NCBI GenBank assembly: GCA_951406725.2
Contig: OX597826.1
Coordinates: 73,346,001 to 73,410,000 of the forward strand
DNA length: 64,000 nucleotides
Direction of reading: 5' to 3'
Origin: Octopus vulgaris
Taxonomy: Eukaryota
In this document: piece after piece, positions 15,349 through 26,990 of the stretch
Numbering within the stretch: the stretch's first letter is position 1
How the letters are laid out: every line of letters begins with the position of its first letter
Notes under the pieces: generated by a model
Databases searched by the model: none
What the model was told of the DNA's origin: nothing
What the model saw: only the letters and a program-made list of their open reading frames with translations
Position numbers and translations under genes: made by a program

Positions 15349-15833
15349 CCCACGCCAGGAATTATTTAAGGGATCCTTGGGTGGTCCTCGCATTTATCAA
15401 GCGTATTCTCATCACCCGTGTCCGTTCGGGTCAAAGAAAAGGTGAGGCTTGTACGCCTGAGGGAGAGCTAACGAACTACAAGGGAGTTACCAAAAGACAC
15501 AGTAATGCTAGACTTGAAACTTTTAATGTTATCCACCCACACCGTTCCAATTCTGATGGATGCGGTTGACACCTACTTGAGTTCAGGAACCCTTGTCGAC
15601 AGATCCTGTTTCCTGATCTCTCGGAGCCTGCAGTTCACCTCCAAGCCTCTCTACCCCGCACACGCACAAGGGTCTGGCCCTTCAGTAGTGCTGCCGATAC
15701 CGTACATAAAACAGGTAGTACTGGTTTACACGACTGCCAGAAACACATCGTTTCTGATATGATCTGACACATTTACATCTATGGACATTAATCGTTTATG
15801 GATATTTATACACCCGTAAATACGTGTGTAGGC

Positions 15834-15855
15834 ATTTCTGATTATGCAGGTATGC

Positions 15856-15897
<42 letters not shown>

Positions 15898-15915
15898 GCA
15901 TACCTGCATAATCAG

Positions 15916-15919
<4 letters not shown>
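15834..15919. repeat. Perfect 86-bp palindrome centred on (TA)n
   Basis: ATTTCTGATTATGCAGGTATGCAGG-(TA)n-CCTGCATACCTGCATAATCAGAAAT. Confidence 0.95.
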
Positions 15920-16001
<82 letters not shown>

Positions 16002-16147
16002 TTATGTATATATATATATATACTTATGTATATATATAGGTGTGTATATATATGTATATATATATATGTATATATATGTATATATATATATGTATATATA
16101 TGTATATATATGTGTGTGTGTGTCTGTGCGTCTGTGTGTGTGTTTAT

Positions 16148-16305
16148 AGACGGGCTTCTATACAGTTTCCATGTACTTCATTCACTCACAAGATCCTGAA
16201 CGGTCCGGGGCTATAGAAGAAGATATATGCCTAAAGTGCCGTGCATAGAGATTGAACCCGAAATCCGGTCGTCACAAAGCGAGCTTCCTAGCCACTCTGC
16301 CATGC
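16148..16305 (-). mobile_element. SINE family B (diverged)
   Basis: GACGGGCTTCT..CAGTTTCC..ACTCACAAG...GGCTATAG.AGAAGA. Confidence 0.7.
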
Positions 16306-16535
16306 TCACAACACAAACAAAAAAGAAAATACACAAGTGAGAAAGGACAGCAAAAAGAGTCTTTCGGGAATGTATGTTGAAACATTAAACAGTAACAGAG
16401 CTGTATAAACACGTGTATATATTTATGCAAATACCTATTATACCTGCTTATGTACATAGCCTAAGATAAACATGGGCGCACACGCCCACACCCCTATATA
16501 AACACACACGTTTATGCAAATATATATGCACGCAC

Positions 16536-16800
<265 letters not shown>

Positions 16801-16815
16801 TGTGTGTGTGTGTGT

Positions 16816-16858
<43 letters not shown>

Positions 16859-17023
16859 TGTGTGTGTGTGTGCATCTATGTATGTGTAGGTTATACTCTG
16901 CCGAGGACTTGTAATGAAACTGAAACATAGTCCAAGCTTGTTACTTTTACAACAAAAGATCAAACTCATTACGGCTCTGCGTATCTTTATTTAATTAACA
17001 TAAAATCCAAAACGCGTTCAAAA

Positions 17024-17076
17024 CTTACTACAGCTGTTTCGGTAGAATTGCATACAATCCACGATCTTCAGGTAAA
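17024..17076 (-). ncRNA. Minimal type-I hammerhead ribozyme with canonical core
   Basis: Minus strand UUUAC-CUGAAGA-UC GUGGA UUG uaug CAA U UCUAC C-GAAA-CAGCUG-UA|GUAAG; all conserved core nucleotides present; AATAAA about 35 nt downstream (plus-strand 16986-16991). Confidence 0.75.
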
Positions 17077-17179
17077 ATTTTAAACCCATATAAAGAAACA
17101 GGTGAGATATTAAATTGATGATGGCGAATCCAACCGACATGTGTGTGTGTGTGTGTGCGTGCGTGTGTGTGTGTGCGTG

Positions 17180-17395
17180 CGTGTGCGTATGTGTGTGTAA
17201 ATGCGCACGGCTCAGTGATAAGAGCGTCGGGCTTACATGATGTGAGTTCACGTGTGTGTGAAACTTTAGTATTGTACGAATAAATAATTAGATCCTTAAT
17301 TACAAATGCACACACATACACGCACGCATACATAAACGCATACATGTAAATATACATATACGCAAATACACATAAACACACACGCATATGCATAA

Positions 17396-17471
<76 letters not shown>

Positions 17472-17797
17472 GTGTGTGTGTGTGTGTACAGGCGTGCAAA
17501 CTCATATACTTGCATACACACATATTTTCAAAAGCATATTTATAAACATGCACACTAATCTATCATTATGCTTATACATAAATATCTGACGAGTACATAC
17601 ATAATATCGAAACAAATACACACACACACATACACGCACACACATACATATATAGATATACATATATCAATATATATAGACACACACACACACACATGCA
17701 TTCATATACATATAAATATATACATACATATATATTTATATGTATATATACACACACACGCATTCATATATATATATATATACACACACACGCATTC

Positions 17798-17833
<36 letters not shown>

Positions 17834-18044
17834 TTATGCATATATGTGTATGTTTATGTGTATTTGTATATATGTATATTTACATGTATGCGTTTATGTA
17901 TGCATGCGTGTATGTGTGTGCATTTGTAATTAAGCATTTAATTATTTATTCGTAGAATACCAAAGTTTCACACACACGTGAAGTCACATCATGATTGTAA
18001 GCCCGACGCTCTAATCACTGAACCGTGCGCATTTGCACACACAT

Positions 18045-18060
<16 letters not shown>
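17180..18060. repeat. Inverted duplication, arms about 235 bp (17180-17415 / 17820-18060), spacer about 400 bp
   Basis: For example AAATGCGCACGGCTCAGTGATAAGAGCGTCGGGCTTACA vs TGTAAGCCCGACGCTCTAATCACTGAACCGTGCGCATTT; homology extends through unique flank. Confidence 0.9.
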
Positions 18061-18100
<40 letters not shown>

Positions 18101-18795
18101 ACACATATATATTTCTACACACACAGATAGGGTTTTAAAAGGATGATGAACAAAACAAAATGCTTTCCTTCGCAATCTTGCCGGTCAAAATCAAAATAGA
18201 AAGAGAACATACATACATACATACATACATACATACATACATACATACATACATGCATACATACATACATACATACATGCATACATACGCACATCTTAAA
18301 AATCTGTATAAACAACACGATTCCACGAATAGGTGTGCGCATATACACCCAACATCACGGACACGCCTCGGCATTTGTATGCATTTTTATTAAACATGCT
18401 AAAAGAAGGAAGTTGTGATTGTTTACAAGTTCATATGTGTGATGTTTGCCGTTGTTCTTCTGAACATGTTCGTTTTGTGTGCGTGTTTTTCAGGTTATCC
18501 TTCTGTGCAGTGTAGCAGCACAGTCGTGTGTGATGTTTTTTTTATGTTATTCCTTTGAACGGTTCATGTTTTACAAGCTGACGCAGGCGGTAAGAACGTG
18601 TTCCTTTGACTGCGTGCATCTACGTCTGCGTGGCGCATTCCTCTATGTATGTTCCACGTATGGTATAGAATACGCTTTATTCATTTATCTATTGAAACAA
18701 GCGCGTGTGTGCTTCCATACAGTGATATCTCTGCGTGTGCCCTTCCTTATTGTGACTATGCGCGCGTGTGTAGATATATTCTTATACAACTATAT

Positions 18796-19028
18796 TTATT
18801 TTTTTATTGCCGACAGGGGGATAAACATAGAGGGAACAAACAAGGACAGACAAAGGGATTAAGTCGATTAGATCGACCCCAGTGCGTAACTGGTACTTAT
18901 TTAATCGACCCCGAAATGATGAAAGGTAAAGTCGACCTCGGCGGAATTTGAACTCAGAACGTAGCGGCAGACGAAATACGGTTACGCATTTCGCCCGGCG
19001 TGCTAACGATTCTGCCAGCTCGCTGCCC
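18796..19028 (-). mobile_element. SINE family A, full length, with 16-bp target-site duplication
   Basis: Near-identical to 1391-1618; flanked by TCTTATACAACTATAT (18780-18795) and TCTTATATAACTATAT (19029-19044). Confidence 0.9.
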
Positions 19029-21356
19029 TCTTATATAACTATATATATATAACTATAGGAACTGCCATTTCGTACGCTGTATAAGCACCTCTGGGTGTTT
19101 TTTTAACTGCCAGCTCCTTAGCATGAAACTCTGGGCTTTCGAGGAACCAATTCCGTATTCTTAGCTAATAAATGATAGCGTCTGAGTGTGTGTGTGTGCG
19201 TGTGCGCGTGTGTGTCGTTTGCTTGTCATTCAGCCGATTGTGTACCTTGTAATTGACTGATCGATCAGAGTTAACAACCACTACAACGACAACAGAAGCA
19301 GCAGCAGCAACGATAGCATTAATAATACCTTTCTCCATTTCTTCCAATAAATAATTCTATTTTAAAATCCTCCGCCATCTTTCAAAATTTTAAGTGTTAA
19401 TGCGTCACATTATTTATCGTCTGCTTCATGAAAGCACCAGAAATGGCGGTTCATAATGGCTATTTTAAGGAGCTGTTCTCTCTACTTAGAGCGACAAACA
19501 GTCACTTCAAGTGGAAGCAACGAATAAAATGCATCCTTCTAGATCTTTTCTAATCAATTTTCCCTAAAACGAATCATCCCATCCGTCCTTTATTAGACGT
19601 TGCCTTCTGTAACTCACTGATACAATATGGTGGATGATGAAACGCGTCGGCGAATGGATGGTGAAAGAGTTGGAATATTTCTCACTGAATAATGCAAGTG
19701 TTTTTGGCAAGAGTCCTTAACGTAAATAGCGTTTCTTAGTTCTTTTGAACGATAAACAATTATAACAACAACAACAATATCAAAATTACAACACGATCGA
19801 CATTGTCAAAGACGGGGAGGTAGAAAAGGTAGGCATTAACGGTGATGGTGGTTGCGGTAGTAATGAGAAGGTGGGGGAACAACAGTTCAATTATAAAATA
19901 TCGTTAAGTGTCGGCTAACGTATTTAATATAGCGAGCAGGAAATAATGTTTAATCAATCAAACTCGTAGCTGGAATGAGAAGAAATGTTATTAGCGCTAC
20001 TGAAAATTACACTCAAGAGGAAAAAGGGAGAGAACTTCTAAGGTTTTATGTAAATTGAATAAAGATACGCAGTGTTGTAACGAGTCAGATGTTTTGTTGC
20101 AAAAGTAACAACCTTGGCTTATGTTTCAGTTTTATCAGGAGTCCTCAGCGAAGCATAGTCTACACAGAGGTATATATACACATATATATGCATATGTGTG
20201 GATGAATGATGGATGGATGGATGGATGGATGGATGGATGGATATATTCGCGCGTGCATACACATATTCATACATACATACATACATACATACATACATAC
20301 ATACATACATACATACATACATACATACATACATACATAACTTCTATGTCGCTGCCGTAAGGCTTCACTCCACACACACTACCTTAACTTAATTCGTCTT
20401 TAGTCGAAAGACACCTGTTGTTATTGTCTTGTTGTTTGTATTTGTAATTGTGTAACATTTCTCCGAGCTCGACTGACGATAGGAGGCTCCGAATGACCCG
20501 TCCTTGTTTTTTCTTGTCCTTTGTATCGTCCGGATGTTTTGTTGTCGCCTGTTACGTTCTTGTTACATATATATATATATACACACATATAGCGGCGTAC
20601 GTACACTTTTGGTCTCTTGTATGCAAGTATATATATATATATATATATATACACGCATGCACATATATCATATTTTTTAAGTCAAAACAATGCGAATTAA
20701 TACTGTTTAAAGCTTAGAGAGTCCTCCAATATGGGTCACTTGCACCAGCACAACACCTTGCTTTACTAATGCACTTTGAAAACACCACAGCGCTTTCAAA
20801 GTGTATTTAGAAACTAAGAGATGAACTAGAGACCGCTAGAATTTCACCGGAATAGTTACATAGTGCACAGGTACTGGAGAATGGATGAAAGATATATGAC
20901 TTTTGACCTAGAGAGAAGCTGCATATCTACCGCTGTCCGATCACAATCCGAAACAAACAGAATTAGCTAATCTCGATATTCAGGCATACGTCCAAATTTT
21001 TCTATGAGATTTTCAAAGAAGACACCCCGGACTGATGCGTGACAAATGACAACCAGCGATCTGCACTGCTTACGTCACCTTCTGTCACCTTCTTACATTG
21101 TAGCCTACTGATCTGTAAGATCGACGAACAAAGGAAATCTCAGAACGACTACGTAATCTCGGTTTAGTTCGCATAAATTACCATACACATGTGTGAATGT
21201 ATGTATGTATATATGGATGTCTGAATATATGTATGTATATATATGGACGAAAGCGCTAATATATGATATATGGTATATGATATATGATGTATAAAAACAT
21301 GTAATATACAAATAAATATCTGTAAATATAAAACCATCTGAATTTCTGAGTACCTC

Positions 21357-21397
21357 ATTTCTTCTAATACAAAATACCTGTACATCATCTCCAAACC

Positions 21398-21439
<42 letters not shown>

Positions 21440-21520
21440 ATGTATGTATATATGTCGCATATATCTATGTGTGTATCTAATTTCTTCTAATACAAAATAC
21501 CTGTACATCATCTCCAAACC

Positions 21521-21598
<78 letters not shown>

Positions 21599-21640
21599 AT
21601 GTATGTATTTATGTCGCATATATCTATGTGTGTATCTATG
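21357..21640. repeat. Tandem duplication of a unit containing a (TA)n of different length
   Basis: ATTTCTTCTAATACAAAATACCTGTACATCATCTCCAAACCTTCTA-(TA)n-CAATGTATGTAT.TATGTCGCATATATCTATGTGTGTATCTA twice. Confidence 0.9.
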
Positions 21641-22276
21641 TGTGTAGTTATGTAGGTATGTATGCATGCACATATGTATGCGTTTATGAATGTATGTATT
21701 CCTACCATGGATGTATGTATATGTGTGTACGCATATTTATATAATGTTAGGTCACGAAAGATGTAATATACACCCGTATTAATAATGCCAATACACCTAA
21801 ACACCCATGCAACTAGAAACCTCTATTCAGTTAAGTCTTCACTCAAAACTCATATCATTCAATACTTCCCTATTTTCTCCTCTTCAATCACCAATCCCTA
21901 CGAAATTAAGGCAACGTCTTTTGTAAACCGGAATTAGGTGCACAATCCCTCGCCCTTCAAGTTTTGCACATATTTATTTATTTATTCAATTCAAAATTAG
22001 ATAAATTGTTTGACCCCACTAATTACTGAGATCAAAATGCCGTTCGTAGAAGGGGTGGGAGCAAAACGAAAGCTACGTGTTCCATTAGAACATTAAATGA
22101 AAACCTTAGAATCAAACCCTCCTTAACACGCCCCACTTAATATAAGATTAAAATCTTTATAAAGTACATCGTCAAACATAATCAACGTCAAAATGTGCGT
22201 GTGTATATGCATGTGTGTATACACACGAGCGCGTATATGTATACATACATACATATATACATACATACATACATGT

Positions 22277-22319
<43 letters not shown>

Positions 22320-22336
22320 TATGTGTGTGTATATAT

Positions 22337-22367
<31 letters not shown>

Positions 22368-23159
22368 TCCTTATACATACGTATTTATATATAAAAATAG
22401 GTATGTATGTATGTATATATATATATATGTATACACATATACACACATATATATGTATATATGTATGTGTCTATATACATATACACATATATATGTATAT
22501 ACACATATACACATATATATACACATATACACATATATATACATATATATACATATATATATATATCCATACACATACGTACATGCATATGAGCATATAT
22601 AAATATACATACACACACACATGTATATATATGCGTGTAAGTATGTGCGTGTGCGTGTGTATGTATTTGTGTGTCACACTGTTTATCCTAAATGTGACCC
22701 CTTCCATACTCCCCAAGATGTTATTTAACCCTGTGACGTAATTACTTTGTAATCTTTGTACCCGTTTCTCAGATTTCCAACCGAACCTTACCGACTAACA
22801 AACCGGATGTCAAATAACCAACCATTCATTAGATACTTCTTCTTATAGACAACCTTTCCGGGTCCCTTTTCTTTTAGATTTTCTTTTAGGTGGGAAATGG
22901 TGAGTCTTAGTTAAAGTGTTGGGGGGTAATGGTCGCGAATTCGTGGACAAATCATATTAAACCGGAACTAGGATAGGGGGTTAATTTTAGTATATATATA
23001 TCCGTTATTACGTCCTTTAGCCAAGCTAACAAAATACAGGCATACACAGGCTTATCTGATAAACACATCCACATTCACAAACACAAATACACAACACACC
23101 TACATGTGTATGATCATAAATACACGTACACATGCATGTGTGTGTTTTATATGAATAGT

Positions 23160-23420
23160 GGAGGTATCTGGCTAAGTGGTTAGGGTGTTAGACTCATGAT
23201 CGTAAGATTGTGGTTTCGATTTCTGGGCTGGGCGATGCATTGTGTTCTTGAGCAATACACTTCATATCACATTGCTCCAGTCCACCCAACAGATAGAAAT
23301 GAGTATTCCTGCAACAGACCGGCCTCCGTCCAGGGCACGAGGTCTGATAGTATATATATATACACACCACAGAAACCAGAAAACCAACTTTATGAGTCTA
23401 TATGACTCAAGAAGGACCTT
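23160..23420 (+). mobile_element. tRNA-derived SINE family C
   Basis: TGGCTAAGTGGTTAGGG (A box), GTTTCGATT (B box), TGTGTTCTTGAGCAA.ACACTT.AT.TCACATTGCTCCAGTCCA core. Confidence 0.75.
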
Positions 23421-23423
23421 TAT

Positions 23424-23470
<47 letters not shown>

Positions 23471-23474
<4 letters not shown>

Positions 23475-23554
23475 ACAGGACTCCTTACATGCTAAAAAGG
23501 CCAGTCAGTTTGGGTTTTAACTGGCCTTTTTAGCATGTAAGGAGCCCTGTCAAT
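23471..23554. repeat. 84-bp hairpin, 35-bp arms with 1 mismatch, 14-nt loop
   Basis: ATTGACAGGACTCCTTACATGCTAAAAAGGCCAGT / ACTGGCCTTTTTAGCATGTAAGGAGCCCTGTCAAT. Confidence 0.95.
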
Positions 23555-23751
23555 GGCCTCCTCTTTGTGGTACGTCAGTAGAATACCATATAAATATGGG
23601 TATAATGCGAGTACAAGGATAAATTAAACAGAGATATACTACTGACAATCTCAAAAATTTATTTATATTATAGTATTACAATATTACATAATATACTATG
23701 AATATAATACAACAATATTATATAACATAAGCAATTATTAGAAAATCCAAA

Positions 23752-23850
23752 ACGACCAACAAATTGTTTCGACTTATGTACAATTTCTGAGATATATATA
23801 TATACACAATAACAGTTCCCTGATATATATAAAAGTCACTTCAGGGTCAT
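23752..23850 (-). ncRNA. Hammerhead-like motif with long stem II insertion and A9 lost
   Basis: Minus strand AUGACC-CUGAAG(U)-GACUU...AAGUC-GAAA-CAAUUUG-UU|GGUCGU; 6-bp stem I including one G-U. Confidence 0.5.
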
Positions 23851-23968
23851 GGTTTAAAGATAGACGAAATTCCGTGTGAAAGGACGGATGGATTGTAAAA
23901 ATCAATTCAAATGTGTGTGTGTGTGTGTATATATATATAAAGAGAGAGAGAGAGAGAGAAGGAGAGGG

Positions 23969-24282
23969 AGATATATAGAAAGAGAATTACATGCGTATAT
24001 TCATACTTTCATAAATGCAGATGTTCATACGTACATACATACTATATCATATATTCTAATAAGCTTTGGTTTTGCACTTCAAAATCATTTGAATCTTTTA
24101 AAATTTTATTTTCAAGAATTAAGGAATTTTTGAAGATAAAATTAAAAAAAAATCCAAATGATTTTGAAGTGCAAAACATACAAAGCTTATTAGAATATAT
24201 GATATATGTATTGTATGTACGTATGAACATCTGCATTTACGAAAGTATGAATATACGCGTGTAATTCTCTTTCTATATATCT
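23969..24282. repeat. 314-bp near-palindrome (arms about 155 bp, 4-nt centre AAGG)
   Basis: AGATATATAGAAAGAGAATTACA...CAAGAATT-aagg-AATTTTTG...TGTAATTCTCTTTCTATATATCT. Confidence 0.95.
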
Positions 24283-24490
24283 GTGTGGAATTGATTTCCT
24301 GTGGCATAATCAGAAGAACAATGGATACATGGAATAAGTGTACATCGAACAAAAAATCATTATGGCTTGATTTGAAAAACTCTTCCGTCGTGTGAAGGAA
24401 TATTAAATTCACACGGTGGAGTAATTTTCATGGACCACCCTCTTGTTTATTCTACAATTGATGGCATAAGAAGCTTGATACGTTTCATAA

Positions 24491-24886
24491 TTCTTTATAT
24501 ATAAAAGAAAGGTTGTGTGCTGTCTGTTTCTTACGATTTAGATTCCTAACTACTCCCACATTTTGCGGTGCAGTTTAACCAAAACCGGATATCTTATAGT
24601 CGTGATTCATATCGAGCCCTTCTGGGTATTAGCGCGCGTCTACGATGAGTCTACGATTAAAAAAAAATTTACCATCAATTTTTTCCCATTTTTAATGCAT
24701 TTTTGGCATATATAACGGAAGTAACTCTCTAAAAATTTATTATTAAATCTCAGAACGTAAAAAGCTACAGTAACACCCCCCTTTGTGGTTAGCCATATTG
24801 AGATGGCTATTATACTTTACATCTCTAAAAATGCTTATATAGTTATTTCCCTTACAAACCCGAGCAACGCCGGGCAATACTGCTAG
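24491..24886 (+). mobile_element. Non-autonomous Helitron
   Basis: 5' (T)TCTTTATATATAAAAG start; 3' GC-rich hairpin CCCGAGCAACGCCGGG (24859-24874) followed 8 nt later by CTAG|T; host A|T junction. Confidence 0.8.
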
Positions 24887-25383
24887 TTCTTTATAGACAC
24901 AGCAAGCAAAGATACAGCATAACATAAAACTCTTAACGACTTCAGTAACAAGATTAGTAATAGTATTGTGAAAGTTGAAATGGTTCTGTAATAACGATTA
25001 TTTGAAGGAAGAAAGTGTTTACGAAAAAAAATCGATATCACGGCTCTTATGATTTTATTTGTTGTAATTATTGGAGGAATATCGTTCAAGAATAATTATA
25101 TGAAACCCGATTTTATGAATTTTTCGAGAAATGTAGTAGAAAAACGGTAATTCCTAAGGACAAACAAGTATTCGATCTTGGCGCCAAAATGCTCATTAGC
25201 CACCAGGAATAGTTACCCACATCACTCCTTGTATTCATAGTCACTTAATAAATGGTTTGGAAACTTTGAAGGTTCTGGGTCCTTTGTCCGTGTGTGTGGT
25301 AATCAGTTCTGAACATTCATTAAGGAATTTTTGAAAACAATATTTCAAATAATTCTAAGGTGCTTGTATGTATGTATGTATCT

Positions 25384-25461
<78 letters not shown>

Positions 25462-25466
<5 letters not shown>

Positions 25467-25820
25467 GGCGTGGCTGTGTAGTAAAACGTTTGCTTCTCAA
25501 CCACATAATTCCGAGTTCAGTCCCTCTGCGTGTCCCCTCGGGCAAGTATTTATCTACTATAGCCTCGGGCCGACCAAAGCCTTGTGAGTAGATTTGATAG
25601 ATAGAAACTGAAAGAAGCCCTTCGTGCGTATGTGTGTTTGTGTTCCCTTACTATCGCTTGACAACCGGTGTTAATTTATTTATGTCCCCGTACCGTAGCT
25701 ATTCTGCAAAAGAACAAATAAGTATTGTGGGCGATTAGTACGACTAAAACGACTTCAAGGCGATGCTCCAGCATGGCCGCAGTGTAATGACTGAAACAAG
25801 TAAAATATAGAAGATAAAAG
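25462..25820 (+). mobile_element. SINE family B, full length
   Basis: Head GCAGGCGTGGCTGTGTAGTAA, core, (TG) linker and tail CAGCATGGCCGCAGTGTAATGACTGAAACAAGTAAAA. Confidence 0.85.
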
Positions 25821-26134
25821 ATGCAATAAACAAACTCTTTAGAAAATCTTAAACAAATCGTCAGCAAAACAATGCCAGAAAAAATGTTACCGAAAAAGCG
25901 TAAACTCTTCCTGTTAATCTATTTAAACGAAAGACTGAAAGACCTAACAGGAATCAGAAAAACAGCTGGACACAACATCAACGGAAATTCAGACATATTA
26001 GGAGAGAATATGTAATAAAAAAATAATCACTATAATAAAAAGTAAAAGTAGCGAAATATATAGAAATATACAGAACGGGAAATGGGGGGAAATATAATAG
26101 CGCTGCAGACATGGACCACCATAGCTGACAAGGA

Positions 26135-26352
26135 TATTGTTTCAAATTTTTGGCACAGAGCCAGCAATTTCAAGGGAGGGGCTAAGTCGATTACATCGAC
26201 CCCAGTGCTCAACTGGTACTTATTTTATCGACCCCCGAAAGGACGAAAGGCAAAGTCGACCCCGGCGGAATTTGAACTCTGAACGCACAGACAGACAAAA
26301 GCCACTTAGTACTTTTTGTCCCGGCGTACTGACGATACTGCTAGCTCGCTGT
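26135..26352 (-). mobile_element. SINE family A
   Basis: Same core and head as 1391-1618, with the alternative tail TTTCAAATTTTTGGCACA. Confidence 0.85.
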
Positions 26353-26479
26353 CTTACGCAGGTGACAAGGATATGACAAACGTGTTCGGAGCTAGATGTA
26401 ACTGGAAAGTCTCTAACAATGAAAAGGCCCTAATATCTGGCTAAAGCATCTGACCTCTACCCGTAGCCAAACGGTGGCA

Positions 26480-26990
26480 GCATTCGAATTCGATTAATTA
26501 GTAAGTAAATCAGAGTCAACACTTGAACGGTTCCTGGGAAACAGTTGTTCAAAACCTACATTCTTCACAAACCAGCAATACACGGACACTGAACGAGGGC
26601 ATGCAATACAGTTTCACTGCCTGAGTGTGGATTTCGAACAGGCCCAGCTGACGACCACCTTCACAATTTGTTCCTATCAACCATGTTCTTCCGGCAGCAC
26701 AACTAAGTCAGATATTTCTGAAATTCCTCCATAAATTGTAGTCCTGAAATTCCTCTGAAATAAATTATTCGTTTGATTTTCTTTGATGCCCATAGTATTT
26801 CCTATCAAAAATCGTTCGCTCTTGTCCACCACAATATCACAGTTGACATACAACTACTGTAGCGAATTTGCACGACAACATTCCAGATACAAGGTGCCCC
26901 AAAATCAGTCTTCACTTGGTCCCAAAATTGCAACTTTCCTCAAAATGACGAACTGCCGGAATAATTATAATGATAGATTGCCCCCCCCCC
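26480..26990 (-). pseudogene. Decayed Tx1/L1-clade LINE ORF2 C-terminal region (zf-RVT-like)
   Basis: Manual minus-strand translation gives LFQRNF..MEEFQKYLT*LCCRKNMVDRNKL and ETVLHALVQCPCIAGL, matching the CxxC...ETxxHxxxxC zinc-knuckle region; contains stops and frameshifts. Confidence 0.65.

Noticed and set aside
15350-15780. Possible decayed LINE endonuclease fragment (minus), and similar unique GC-richer stretches at 2790-2960 and 4580-4850
   Set aside because: Convincing ordered motifs could not be recovered by manual translation; needs BLASTX.
19612-19655. GAAACGCGTC hammerhead-like 3' half
   Set aside because: The upstream core reads CTGATAC and stems I and II do not pair; at best a very decayed motif.
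20113-20155. CTGAGGA...GAAACATA on the minus strand
   Set aside because: No stem II pairing and stem I is out of register; likely chance.
20768-20807. 14-bp stem hairpin (AATGCACTTTGAAA/TTTCAAAGTGTATT)
   Set aside because: Too short for a pre-miRNA and no supporting context.
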